Assembly (NCBI GenBank): GCA_041740355.1
Contig: JBGSMD010000020.1
Coordinates: 1-64,000, forward strand
Length of the DNA: 64,000 bases
Reading direction: 5' to 3'
Origin: Bdellovibrionota bacterium
GTDB lineage: Bacteria > Bdellovibrionota_C > UBA2361 > CALJRW01
The position numbers and the translations under genes are program-made. Below are positions 19,870 through 29,665 of the stretch, one piece after another. Below the pieces are notes generated by a model. It did no database searches and was not told the DNA's origin. It saw only the letters and a list, made by a program, of their open reading frames with translations. Position 1 is the first letter of the stretch; each line of letters opens with the position of its first letter.

Positions 19870-21876
19870 ATGAGTACTTTTTTCGAAAATCAATTAAATG
19901 CCAAGCGTCGCACTAAGCAACTGCTATTTCTTTATGTACTTGCGATTCTAGTAATTGTCCTAGGAATTTATCTGTTGTTTGCCTTCACCTTAGCATCCGG
20001 CGTGATAACTGGCGGGATGTCTCCACTGCCCTTTGAATCTAAACTTGGCGTTCTTTGGAATTCCGCACTATTTCTAAAAGTCTTCTTAGGAGTTTCAATT
20101 ATTATTGCGCTAGCTAGTGTTTTTAAATCCCTACAACTTGGTGGCAGTGGGGCTCGAGTAGCATCGATGCTAAATGGTCGCTTAATTAATCCTAACACAA
20201 CACTAGCTACAGAAAAGCAAATTTTAAATATCGTCGAAGAAATTGCCATTGCTTCCGGAATGAAGGTTCCACCAATTTATGTCATGGAAGAGGAAGCAAG
20301 TATTAATGCTTTTGCTGCCGGTACTAGACTAGACAATGCTGTGATTGGAGTTAGTCGTGGAGCACTTGAAACTCTCTCGCGGGATGAGTTGCAAGGTGTT
20401 GTTGCTCATGAATTTAGTCATATCCTAAATGGTGACATGCGCTTAAATCTTCGACTGATTGGTATTTTATTTGGCATTTTATTCATCGCCTTAACGGGAC
20501 GACTAATCGTGGAAGGAACGGCGCGATCATCTAACTCTTATCGTCGTAGATCTAATGGTAAATCGGACGGAGGATCCGTCATTATAATTGGAATTGGCCT
20601 ACTTGTAATTGGCTACACTGGTGTTTTTTTTGCTAAATTAATTAAAATGGCTGTATCGCGTCAGCGGGAATATTTAGCCGATGCCTCAGCAGTGCAGTAC
20701 ACTCGTAATCCTCTAGGTATTGCTGGAGCTTTAAAAAAAATTGGGGCCTTAGCTGATGGGTCAAAAATCAAGAATGCCCACGCAGAAGAAATTAGTCATA
20801 TGTTTTTTGCTAATGGATTAAAAAGTAGTTTCACTAATCTATTCGCGACTCATCCCCCATTAACTGAAAGAATTCAAAGATTAGATCGCAGTTTTGATGG
20901 TGATTTTCAGAGCGTGGATGTTAATACGACAATCCCTCGGCAAGCTCGGGACGAGGCTACCTCTCGACAAGCTCGAGGTCCAGAAGCTAGCGCTTCTGGA
21001 GGTCCACTTGATCCACTCCTCAAAAACCCAGCGTTAGAGTCTATCTTAAATAACCCCGCAGGAAATATTTTAGGGACAATTGGGACAATGGGATTTGCTA
21101 ATTTAGAAGCAGCCAGAAATTTAATTAATAATCTTCCACCGCAAATTCATCAAGCTGTACACGAGCCCTACCTTGCTCCGTTTGTAATCTACACTCTATT
21201 ACTAGATGCCAAGCCAGATATTCGTGGAAAACAATTACAAATTCTGGAACAAAATCTTCCCTCAAGTTCTTTTCAGGAATTTTCTAAATTACTAATTACC
21301 TCTAAAGAAGTGAATCAAAATGACTTTCTCTCGATTCTAGATTTAGCACTTCCAACGCTCAATATGCTCTCCGAAAGTCAGTTTAAGCAAATGCGGGATT
21401 TAGTAACTCACCTAGCTCACGCCGATGCAAATTTAGATCTACATGAATATACCTTGCAAATTATTCTATTAAAACATTATGATCTAAAATTTAATCCTGA
21501 AAAATTTAAGGGTCAAAAAAACAAACCACTGGGCAATTTAGTACAATTTGCTTCCGACTTATTTCTTTGCTTAGCAGTCTTAGGTAATAAGGATAATTTA
21601 GCCGTCGCGGAAGAGGCCTATCGGGCAGGAATTAAACATTGTGCTATCCCCGCTGAATTTCAACATAACTTTCAGGAATTACCGAAGGTAGGTTTTCATC
21701 TCTTGGATCAAGCCATTAAAGAACTAAGCAATTCGGAATATAATGTGCGGGAAGTTTTACTAAGAGCTTGTATTTCATGCATCTCAATCGACAAAAAAAT
21801 TTCGACTCATGAGTTCACCTTAATTCGAGCAATAGCTGATAGCTTTAATTGTCCGGTGCCATATTTAGGTAGTTAA
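19870..21876 (+). CDS. M48 (HtpX-like) membrane zinc protease with large C-terminal domain
   Basis: INAFAAG, VAHEFSH (HExxH), SRQREYLADA and THPPLTERI motifs; TM helices. Confidence 0.9.
   Translation: MSTFFENQLNAKRRTKQLLFLYVLAILVIVLGIYLLFAFTLASGVITGGMSPLPFESKLGVLWNSALFLKVFLGVSIIIALASVFKSLQLGGSGARVASMLNGRLINPNTTLATEKQILNIVEEIAIASGMKVPPIYVMEEEASINAFAAGTRLDNAVIGVSRGALETLSRDELQGVVAHEFSHILNGDMRLNLRLIGILFGILFIALTGRLIVEGTARSSNSYRRRSNGKSDGGSVIIIGIGLLVIGYTGVFFAKLIKMAVSRQREYLADASAVQYTRNPLGIAGALKKIGALADGSKIKNAHAEEISHMFFANGLKSSFTNLFATHPPLTERIQRLDRSFDGDFQSVDVNTTIPRQARDEATSRQARGPEASASGGPLDPLLKNPALESILNNPAGNILGTIGTMGFANLEAARNLINNLPPQIHQAVHEPYLAPFVIYTLLLDAKPDIRGKQLQILEQNLPSSSFQEFSKLLITSKEVNQNDFLSILDLALPTLNMLSESQFKQMRDLVTHLAHADANLDLHEYTLQIILLKHYDLKFNPEKFKGQKNKPLGNLVQFASDLFLCLAVLGNKDNLAVAEEAYRAGIKHCAIPAEFQHNFQELPKVGFHLLDQAIKELSNSEYNVREVLLRACISCISIDKKISTHEFTLIRAIADSFNCPVPYLGS
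20933..21000. repeat. Three tandem palindromes inside the protease coding region
   Basis: tccc-tcggcaagctc-ggga, acctc-tcgacaagctc-gaggt and tccagaagc-tagc-gcttctgga; encode PRQARD...SRQARGPEASASG. Confidence 0.75.
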
Positions 21877-22107
21877 ACCCTTCGCAAATGAAATTTGCGA
21901 AGGGCGAGTGTAATCTTGGCGTTAGCCAAGTTACGCCGTAGAAGATAAAACAAATACTCACCGCCTATCTGCGTAGGGTTTAGTTGGCGTTTTCTACGGC
22001 AAAACCTGTCTGTGACAGGATTTTGCTCCCCGGGACTCGTTACACTCGCTCCCCCTTCAGGACAACTTTCTTTTCATTTTTCTCAAAAATGAAAAGCGCT
22101 GAGTATA
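21876..22107 (+). repeat. Structured repeat family A, copy 2 (candidate ncRNA or MITE)
   Basis: Homologous to the reverse complement of 10363-10564; begins at the protease stop codon. Confidence 0.85.
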
Positions 22108-22115
22108 AATTAATC

Positions 22116-22315
22116 GTAACCCTTCACTTATCTGTCAAAGTTTTAAAGGCACAAATCCCCTTAAAGGGGTCAATTTACGAAGTAAATTGGGGGTGGAGAC
22201 ACTATCCGTTCACACTGCTGGACAAAATCGTTCAGATTTTGACCAAGAAACAAATTAGTATTTTGCTCTTATACAGCCTTTTTAAAGGACTTTAACTTTC
22301 CCGTGAACGGATACA
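22116..22315 (+). repeat. Structured repeat family B, copy 2 (200 bp)
   Basis: Direct repeat of 19619-19818 with the same hairpins. Confidence 0.88.
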
Positions 22316-22316
22316 A

Positions 22317-22733
22317 TTAATCTTTACTAGAAACTTTTTTGCGATTTTGTTTTACGACAGAATGTTTCTGTTTATCAGCTAAAATTTTTTCTTTAGATTT
22401 TCGTGTCCGCCGACTTTTTTGACGACGAATCTTGGCGATCTCACGTTGTTTTTTGGACTCCTCACCTTCGGTTTGCTCTTGGATCTTATCGCAAAGCTCC
22501 ATTCGTGCATGAAAACGATTTAAAGATTGTGACCGCGTTCGCTGACATTTAATTTCAATACTCGTAGGCAAATGCTTTAAATATACACAGGAAGAAGTTT
22601 TGTTAATCTTTTGACCCCCATTGCCTGAACCACGAATAAACTTTTCTTCTAGCTGTTCTTCCTTTATACCTAAACGATCCATTAATGAAATTAGCGCTTG
22701 CTCCTTAGTATCACTGACTGCAAATTTTCCCAT
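22317..22733 (-). CDS. Short GGQ peptidyl-tRNA hydrolase (ArfB/C12orf65-like ribosome rescue factor)
   Basis: GSGNGGQKINKTSSCV, CQRTRSQSLNR and a basic C-terminal tail; no codon-recognition domain. Confidence 0.88.
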   Translation of the reverse strand: MGKFAVSDTKEQALISLMDRLGIKEEQLEEKFIRGSGNGGQKINKTSSCVYLKHLPTSIEIKCQRTRSQSLNRFHARMELCDKIQEQTEGEESKKQREIAKIRRQKSRRTRKSKEKILADKQKHSVVKQNRKKVSSKD

Positions 22734-23187
22734 ATTTCTTTCCTTTCAACTAAGCTGCCACTTTAATTTCATTCATATGTTAAATAAATTCAATAGGTTA
22801 AAATTATTTATAATTTTATAAAATAAATACTTGTGCTATCATTCTTTTTAATGGTATGATTATTTTATCGGTTCTTCTCAAATGCTGATTCAAGCACTTA
22901 CCCATATAACATATTAAATTTATTATCTTTTTTGAAAATCATTTTTTCAATTTTTTGCTAATTTCGCTCTAAAAATTACTTGGTATTTTTTGGGGATTAT
23001 TAAGTGGCTAAAAATACTAATATTAATTTAAATTATTAAATGATATTAGTTAGTTATGTCGGGCTTTCAAACCAACATAAACCGATGATTAGTGAATTAT
23101 CTAAATAATTAAATCTAAATTTGTGTCTGAGTGCCTAGCAAGTAGAGCTTTCATAGCTAGGAATAAGCTATAAATTTCCAGTATTAA

Positions 23188-23526
23188 TTAAGGACAGTCA
23201 TTAGGACAGTTTTCCTTTGTTTCCGTGCATGGACAACCCTGTCCTTGGCACACTAGCTCCGCGCAAAGTCCATCGCCACAGAGATTATTACAAAGAGGCT
23301 CAGTGGCATTCAAATCTCTGGTGAAGGTTTGGCCATTTTTAGTTCGGCACTTTGCTGGATAAGTCTTGAGCATTATCCCCCCTAATTTCACGCATTGCTG
23401 ATAGTTCTGAATAGTAATATTTTCACTGTCTGGAGCCTTGCTACTTTCAACTTGTTGCGAACAAGCAGAAATTGCGAAGAGTTGAACTAGAATCAAAATT
23501 TTACAAAAAGATTTCATATGCGTCAC
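23188..23526 (-). CDS. Small cysteine-rich lipoprotein
   Basis: Lipobox ISA|C; C-terminal CGDGLC...C..CPC...ENCPNDC cluster. Confidence 0.7.
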   Translation of the reverse strand: MTHMKSFCKILILVQLFAISACSQQVESSKAPDSENITIQNYQQCVKLGGIMLKTYPAKCRTKNGQTFTRDLNATEPLCNNLCGDGLCAELVCQGQGCPCTETKENCPNDCP

Positions 23527-24330
23527 CTTTATATTCTAACTATTTTTTTAACGTTAACCTGTTTATCAGCCTGCACAAACAGTGATAGTGACGATGATAA
23601 CAATAATAGCTCCGCTCAACCAGATAATAATTCCTGTGATGTTTTAGGCTTGAGCAATAAAATTGTAGGTGGTACCAGCTGTGCTAACCCAGAACGTTCC
23701 GCTATTGTTAGAATAGTAATTGAGACTAATAGTAATAACATTGGCTACTGCACAGGCACAATGATTACGAGCAATAAAGTAATTACAGCCGCACATTGTT
23801 TCGACGATGTAACTAGTGCTTCAATTCAAATTGGTGATAACTCAAACAGCCTAAGAACCATTTATGCCTCGACAGTCTATATTCACCCTGACTACTCTAA
23901 CGGAAACGACTCCGGTGATCTGACAGACATTGCGATTATGGAATTAGACAGTAACGCCGGACTGCCAGTACTGCCAATTTTACTAGGCAAAGATTTAGAG
24001 GACGGTGATATTGTATCCGTGTTTGGTTACGGTCAAGACGATAGTGGTGATATTTCGTCAACTTTAAAATCAGGTGAAATGAAACTTTCCGATGTTAGTA
24101 GCAATTCGGTACAAGCACTTTATGAAGGACCAGGCAGTAATGTCTGTTTCGGAGATTCTGGGGGCCCAATGCTGGCAACACATAATGGACAAATCGCTTT
24201 ATACGCAACAACTTCTTTTGGAACTAGAAATGATTGCAAACCGGGCGACCTAACAACTTTTGTTAAACTACAATCCGAAGATGCTTTGGAGTTTATTAAT
24301 AGAAATGCGGCGGGAGCACTATTTCAATAA
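23518..24330 (+). CDS. Trypsin-like (S1) serine protease lipoprotein
   Basis: Lipobox LSA|C; IVGG, TAAHC, DIAI and GDSGGP motifs. Confidence 0.93.
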   Translation: MRHLYILTIFLTLTCLSACTNSDSDDDNNNSSAQPDNNSCDVLGLSNKIVGGTSCANPERSAIVRIVIETNSNNIGYCTGTMITSNKVITAAHCFDDVTSASIQIGDNSNSLRTIYASTVYIHPDYSNGNDSGDLTDIAIMELDSNAGLPVLPILLGKDLEDGDIVSVFGYGQDDSGDISSTLKSGEMKLSDVSSNSVQALYEGPGSNVCFGDSGGPMLATHNGQIALYATTSFGTRNDCKPGDLTTFVKLQSEDALEFINRNAAGALFQ

Positions 24331-24338
24331 TATCATTC

Positions 24339-24371
24339 AATTCCTGTGTTATATCCTTTAGCACAGGAATT
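24339..24371 (+). terminator. Hairpin downstream of the protease gene
   Basis: aattcctgtgtta ... tagcacaggaatt inverted repeat; U-tract weak. Confidence 0.45.
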
Positions 24372-24444
24372 CAAACGCCAAGGAAAGATAAACTAGGGAA
24401 CTGAAGATAACTTCTAATACTTATCTAGTTTTTCTTCAGAGGGA

Positions 24445-24500
24445 TATAGAAAGTCCAAAAAGTAGTTTCCTTACGTAAATTAATTTTTGGACTCTCAATA
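24445..24500 (+). repeat. Palindromic repeat family D, single hairpin unit
   Basis: tatagaaagtccaaaaag...tttttggactctcaata, similar to 26276-26336 (reverse) and 53300-53358. Confidence 0.75.
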
Positions 24501-24512
24501 ATATAAATTTTT

Positions 24513-24541
24513 TTGGCAAAAGTAGTTCATCCTGATATAAA
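24513..24541 (+). promoter_or_regulatory. Putative sigma70 promoter of purK-purE
   Basis: TTGGCA-17 nt-TATAAA with TG extended -10 element. Confidence 0.5.
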
Positions 24542-24565
24542 TCTGAGTTTATAAAAATAAAAAAT

Positions 24566-25699
24566 TTGATGAAAATTAATCAGCTAAAAATTGGAGTTTT
24601 AGGAGGCGGTCAGTTAGGGCGCATGCTGATTAATTCCGCCAATGATTGGGGTTTAGAGCTACAATTTATCGATCCAGACCCTCAAGCACCTTGCCAAGCA
24701 ATTTCTCATAATTTTACAGTTGGAGACATTGAAAATCCTGATCAAGTTTTCGAATTTGGAAAAAACTTGGATGTAATTACTATTGAGATCGAGAAAGTTT
24801 CCGTGGAAGGCCTAGATCGTCTAAAAAATCATGGAGTAAAAGTAATTCCGGATCCTAAAATCATTTCCATAATTCAAGACAAGGCTAAACAAAAAGAATT
24901 CTTAGTAAAAAACAATTTCCCAACGTCCGCTTTTGAATTAATTACCAAGGAAACTTCTAAAGTTGAACTAATAAAACACCTGCCGTTCGTTCAAAAAATT
25001 AGAGTTGGAGGGTACGATGGACAAGGTGTTAAAATAATCAAACACGCTGAAGATTTGGAAAAAGCCTTTACTAAGGACTCCATTCGCGAAGAGTTAGTAG
25101 ATATTGATCGTGAGTTGGCAATCATTGTAGTTCGTAATCAAAAAGGGGAAGTTAAAACTTTCGATCCAATTGAAATGAAAATGGATCCAGAATTGCATTT
25201 AGTGGACTACTTATTCTGTCCTGCTTCTTGCAGTAAAGAACAAGATCAACTTATTCGTAAGCTAGCTGAAAATATTGCTTCAAAACTAGATTTAGTAGGA
25301 ATCTTAGCCATCGAAATATTTCTTACAAAATCTGGAGAAATCCTAATTAATGAGATGTCGCCCCGTCCCCATAACAGTGGTCACCACACGATTGAAGCTT
25401 GTGGTAGCTCTCAATATCAACAATTATTGCGTTGCTTACTAGGTCTTGGGCTTGGTTCAACAGCACTTCATTCCCCAGCTGTGATGATTAATCTTTTAGG
25501 GGCAGAAGGCTACACTGGATTACCTGACTATCAAGGATTAGAGAAAATTCAAGAGCCTGGAGTTTACCTTCATCTTTACGGAAAAAAACAAACTCGACCC
25601 GGTCGGAAAATGGGACACCTAACAATCCTGGCAGAGGACTTGACTTCAGCTATTAAGCAAGCCAAGATTCTGCAGACTTCATTAAAGGTACAAGCATGA
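24566..25699 (+). CDS. purK: N5-carboxyaminoimidazole ribonucleotide synthase
   Basis: [27 protein letters not shown] and RKMGH motifs. Confidence 0.96.
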   Translation: MMKINQLKIGVLGGGQLGRMLINSANDWGLELQFIDPDPQAPCQAISHNFTVGDIENPDQVFEFGKNLDVITIEIEKVSVEGLDRLKNHGVKVIPDPKIISIIQDKAKQKEFLVKNNFPTSAFELITKETSKVELIKHLPFVQKIRVGGYDGQGVKIIKHAEDLEKAFTKDSIREELVDIDRELAIIVVRNQKGEVKTFDPIEMKMDPELHLVDYLFCPASCSKEQDQLIRKLAENIASKLDLVGILAIEIFLTKSGEILINEMSPRPHNSGHHTIEACGSSQYQQLLRCLLGLGLGSTALHSPAVMINLLGAEGYTGLPDYQGLEKIQEPGVYLHLYGKKQTRPGRKMGHLTILAEDLTSAIKQAKILQTSLKVQA

Positions 25700-26172
25700 A
25701 AAAAGTTCAAGTTGGAATAATTATGGGTAGCAAATCAGATCTGCCGATTATGAAAGAAGCCGCTGAAATTTTAAAAAAATTCAAGATTTCTTATGAAATG
25801 GAAGTTGTTTCAGCCCATCGCACTCCAGAGAGAATGTTTGACTATGCTAAATCGGCAGAAAGCCGTGGCCTGAAAATAATTATAGCTGGTGCTGGAGGCG
25901 CCGCACACCTTCCTGGGATGGTCGCCTCATTAACGATTCTTCCGGTGATTGGCGTGCCAATTAAATCAAGTAATTCTCTTGATGGTTGGGATTCAATTCT
26001 ATCCATCCTACAAATGCCAAATGGCGTTCCTGTTGCAACAGTTGCTTTAAATGGAGCTAAGAATGCTGGAATCTTAGCTGCAAAAATTCTAGCAACTAGC
26101 AATTTAGATTTATCCAAACAACTAACTAAATACCGAAGTGAACTTGCCACTCAGGCTTTGTTAAAAAAGTAG
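25696..26172 (+). CDS. purE: N5-CAIR mutase
   Basis: [21 protein letters not shown] and [11 protein letters not shown] motifs. Confidence 0.97.
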   Translation: MKKVQVGIIMGSKSDLPIMKEAAEILKKFKISYEMEVVSAHRTPERMFDYAKSAESRGLKIIIAGAGGAAHLPGMVASLTILPVIGVPIKSSNSLDGWDSILSILQMPNGVPVATVALNGAKNAGILAAKILATSNLDLSKQLTKYRSELATQALLKK

Positions 26173-26275
26173 TGCTAATCTGAAAAAAGGCATTAAGTGA
26201 GTATCACGGATCAATAATTTAATTAGAGTTTTCAGTACTAAGCAAAGTCCTCTCCTGACTAATTCCGCTGCTGCT

Positions 26276-26424
26276 TATAGAAAGTCCAAAAAGTAATTTA
26301 CGTAAGAAAATTACTTTTGGGGGCTTTCTATCCCCCGCAAGCGTTATAAAATCATACGGTTATGACAAAAAAGCAAATTAATCTATATACTTTTTACGTA
26401 ATTTATTTTTTTGTCATCACTATA
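26276..26424 (-). mobile_element. Family D two-hairpin MITE-like element (TATAG...CTATA ends)
   Basis: Reverse complement is colinear with 53214-53358; two long hairpins; TA-flanked termini. Confidence 0.65.
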
Positions 26425-26436
26425 TAATAACCTAAG

Positions 26437-26901
26437 TTACTTTGCAGTTTTGACAAACATTAAGATTACCACGCCAACACAAATGTAACTGTCGGCAAAG
26501 TTAAATGCTGGCCAATGATTGCCGCTGATATAAAAATCCAAAAAATCGACAACCTTTCCTATCCGGATTCGGTCGATAATATTTCCAAACGCCCCCGCAA
26601 CTATTAAGCTAAGACAAAGGGAACCTACCTGCGAATTACGGTATTCTTTCAGATACATCCAAACGATCATGATGCTAGCCAGCAAGCCGATTCCAATCAG
26701 CAACATTTGTCTGGTACTATCATCCCAGTTAGCCATCATTCCAAAGGCTACACCCTTATTATAAACAAGAACTAAATTAAAAAATCCAGGGATAATGCTC
26801 AGGTCTTCCCCAAGCTGAAAGTAATTTTCGATTGATAACTTACTAGCCTGATCTAAAATAATTAAAACAATAATAATTAGTGCTAAGAGATTTTTTTTCA
26901 T
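26437..26901 (-). CDS. lspA: Lipoprotein signal peptidase II
   Basis: DQASK, YNKGVAFG, GAFGNIIDR, VVDF and WPAFNFAD motifs. Confidence 0.96.
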   Translation of the reverse strand: MKKNLLALIIIVLIILDQASKLSIENYFQLGEDLSIIPGFFNLVLVYNKGVAFGMMANWDDSTRQMLLIGIGLLASIMIVWMYLKEYRNSQVGSLCLSLIVAGAFGNIIDRIRIGKVVDFLDFYISGNHWPAFNFADSYICVGVVILMFVKTAK

Positions 26902-28142
26902 TGTGCTGGAATTTTAATAAAGCCACTAGGAGTTAAGCCATAAATAGTTTGATTAACCAAGACCAAATCTTGAAAATTACTAGACTCTAATTGTTTAGTA
27001 ATCTCTATTGGCGGACAAAATTTATCAAAAGAATTTTCAATTTGACTGACATTGATTTGATCCAAGTGAGTTAAGATTGATTCTTCACGAGTCTGGAACA
27101 AAACTCGATCCCATTCCGGGGTCATAAAAACCTTTTTTACTTTTGGTAAATCTAACTGACAAAGTTTTTCGAACCCACGTAAATTCCATAAATCAATTCG
27201 TCCATCCTTAAAATGAATGAGTAATTTTTCACCGGACTTGTTCTGAAAAATCTCTTCCACATCAGTTCCTAACTGTTGCCTTAGGCGAATTGCCTCTTCA
27301 GACCAAAATACGGGATCAAAAGGGTTATCTCGCTGTTGATATTCAAAAGGCTTTGCCTCAAAATTTTGCCAAGCACCAAGTTTCCCTTGCAAATCAATCG
27401 TAAAGAAAACGCGATCGCTTGGATGTACTATGATTTGCTTTAAAATCGACACGAGTCCCGAATATCTTGTTAGTTGAGAATAAACACTTGTAGCGGTTGG
27501 AAGATAATACCAATTATAGATTTTACCGGTTAAGGTTCCGGCATATACCGATTCACCATTTTCTGAGAAGCTCATTACCGAAAGTCGATCGGCAAGGCGG
27601 GGAGAAGCATTAATTAATCGCTTGTTAGTGATATCATAAACCACTAAGTGATCTCTTTTGGCACTAAAAGCAATTTTTCCGGAAGAATGCCAAGTAAAAT
27701 GATTTAATTCCAAAGCAGCTACTTGTAATGAAGCACAAGTATTATCAAGTTTGCAGACCTCAGCTTGACCATTAGCATTTTGAATTAAGATAACATCCTG
27801 ATTCTCGATTTTTATTGGCAATGATGATTTCGGTTTAAAGCTACTAAAATCAAGCTGTTTATATCTTAAATTATCCCAAAGTCCCCTGATTTCAGCTAGT
27901 TCAGTCAAGTTCATGAATTGACTTTGCGTTGACTTCTCATTAGTATGACCCCTTCTGTGGGTTCTATTTGTTGCTAGACTGGAATCATTTGTTTCTGAAG
28001 ATGGAACGATAAAATTGCACCCGGCAAAAACAGACGTCAGCAAGCAACAGTAAGCTATTAAATAACTAAATCGCAAATTTCTACCTACAGATAATAACTT
28101 AATTTTTATCAAAAATTTACACATGAACGAAGAATTAAACAC
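26898..28142 (-). CDS. WD40-like beta-propeller protein, probable lipoprotein
   Basis: FAG|C lipobox-like site; repeated beta units ending GKIYNW, GKLGAW and GRIDLW; start uncertain. Confidence 0.6.
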   Translation of the reverse strand: MFNSSFMCKFLIKIKLLSVGRNLRFSYLIAYCCLLTSVFAGCNFIVPSSETNDSSLATNRTHRRGHTNEKSTQSQFMNLTELAEIRGLWDNLRYKQLDFSSFKPKSSLPIKIENQDVILIQNANGQAEVCKLDNTCASLQVAALELNHFTWHSSGKIAFSAKRDHLVVYDITNKRLINASPRLADRLSVMSFSENGESVYAGTLTGKIYNWYYLPTATSVYSQLTRYSGLVSILKQIIVHPSDRVFFTIDLQGKLGAWQNFEAKPFEYQQRDNPFDPVFWSEEAIRLRQQLGTDVEEIFQNKSGEKLLIHFKDGRIDLWNLRGFEKLCQLDLPKVKKVFMTPEWDRVLFQTREESILTHLDQINVSQIENSFDKFCPPIEITKQLESSNFQDLVLVNQTIYGLTPSGFIKIPAQ

Positions 28143-29334
28143 ATCGGATGGAAACTCTCAAGAGTCTGCTACGGCTTCAACTGCTGAATTAAATCATATT
28201 TATTATGAAATCGAAAGCGATCTGCTAGCAAAACCAAATTCCCTTGCTGATATCCTGATAACTAACCCTCAACCAACTGTAGTTTTCTGTAACCAACCTT
28301 CAGAAGCTGATTTACTAGAAGTAATTCTTAATAAAAGACAGATTTCTTGTCGTAAGCTGATTGGACGTGTTCCAACATCAAAAGTACAAGCAACTGCTAC
28401 TCAAGTAGTGGATGGTGAAATTCAAGTCTTAATAGTAACGGATATCTCCGGTCGCGAACTTGATTGCGCTAAATTTACGCGTTTAGTGAATTATGCAATT
28501 CATGAAGATCCAGAAGTCTACATCCATAGAACATTAGTAACAGACAGCCAATCTAAGCTAAGAACAATAATTAACTTAATTAGCCCATTAGATCATGGCA
28601 ATTTTCATTACTTGAAAAAAGTAATTGATTTTGAAATTAAACAAGTTGAACTTCCAAGTAGCTCAGAAATTCATGAAGCTCAGTTTAAACAAATAATTGC
28701 TGAAGCTAAAAGCTGTGCTTACTCTGATAGCGTTTCTAAAAGTTTAGATGAACTTGTCACCAACATTAAAGCTTCTGCTGATTATGATGCTTTGTTAAAG
28801 TACTTTATCCATAATACTCTAAACGTATTACCGGAGATGAAAGTTAAAGCTAGCAGTGCTAGTTCAGGCTTTAATAACCGTCGCGGAGACCGAAATGAGC
28901 GTGGCGACAGAAGTGAGCGAGGTGGAGATCGGGATCAACAAGACAACAACTCTCGCGATGATTACAAAGACTTAGAAGCAAGAATCATTAGCCGCAATAT
29001 TCCTAAAATTGAATATTGTCGTTTCTATGTTGGTTCAGATAATGCTGCTGACATTGATGAAACAAAGATCACAAAGCTAATGAACGAAGCTGCCAACATG
29101 CCTGTGGAACATTTAGCTAAGTACACTGCGCGTGGAGCTTATGCCTTTGTTGATGTTCTAAAAGAAAATGCTGCTGGCCTAATTGATATCCTTGATGGGT
29201 TTCATTTAGATAGTGGTGAGAAATTAATCTTCAAGAAAGCAGCAACGATCTACATCAAAGCTGACCAACCTGAAGGAACTGCTGCTCCGGAACAAGCTAG
29301 CAAACAACAAGGTAACTCTGACGAAGAAGAGTAA
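28123..29334 (+). CDS. Degenerate DEAD-box helicase C-terminal half with DbpA-type RNA-binding domain
   Basis: VVFCN (motif IV), IVTDISGRELD (motif V), YIHRT (motif VI eroded), RGDR repeats and RFYVG...YAFVDV; no N-terminal DEAD domain. Confidence 0.75.
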   Translation: MNEELNTSDGNSQESATASTAELNHIYYEIESDLLAKPNSLADILITNPQPTVVFCNQPSEADLLEVILNKRQISCRKLIGRVPTSKVQATATQVVDGEIQVLIVTDISGRELDCAKFTRLVNYAIHEDPEVYIHRTLVTDSQSKLRTIINLISPLDHGNFHYLKKVIDFEIKQVELPSSSEIHEAQFKQIIAEAKSCAYSDSVSKSLDELVTNIKASADYDALLKYFIHNTLNVLPEMKVKASSASSGFNNRRGDRNERGDRSERGGDRDQQDNNSRDDYKDLEARIISRNIPKIEYCRFYVGSDNAADIDETKITKLMNEAANMPVEHLAKYTARGAYAFVDVLKENAAGLIDILDGFHLDSGEKLIFKKAATIYIKADQPEGTAAPEQASKQQGNSDEEE

Positions 29335-29349
29335 GCTTTCTTAAAAACT

Positions 29350-29385
29350 TGAGTAGTTTGCATTCACCTAAATGCAAACTACTCA
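29350..29385. terminator. Perfect 15-bp hairpin after the helicase-like gene
   Basis: tgagtagtttgcatt-caccta-aatgcaaactactca. Confidence 0.6.
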
Positions 29386-29665
29386 GTCCCTAATTCTCCC
29401 GATCAGTAGCGCTCTTCATAATCTCAAATTAGAATTGAACAGCTATAGTAAACCCAAAGTTCTTATTTATTTTCGACTGCCATTCAAATAGTAACTTTTA
29501 GATATTTGGAACGGCCACCATCCGAAGGCTTCCTAAGCAACTAAGAATATAAACAAAAAAGTTTAACCACTAAAAATTGCTGTTGAGAAAAAGAACTAAT
29601 CTGACTACTGATTAAGCTACTGCTCAAAGCTATGTTAAGGGCAGTTATGGTGATATTATCAAGAG

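Noticed and set aside
21984-22295. 103-aa ORF in the track
   Set aside because: It runs across repeat families A and B, starts at TTG and has no protein-like motif; a by-product of the repeats.
22734-23187. 450-bp very AT-rich gap as a possible origin or hidden gene
   Set aside because: No DnaA-box cluster, credible ORF or stable structure was seen.
28879-28932. Short tandem repeat (RGDRNE/RGDRSE)
   Set aside because: Ordinary low-complexity RG-rich linker of DeaD-like proteins.
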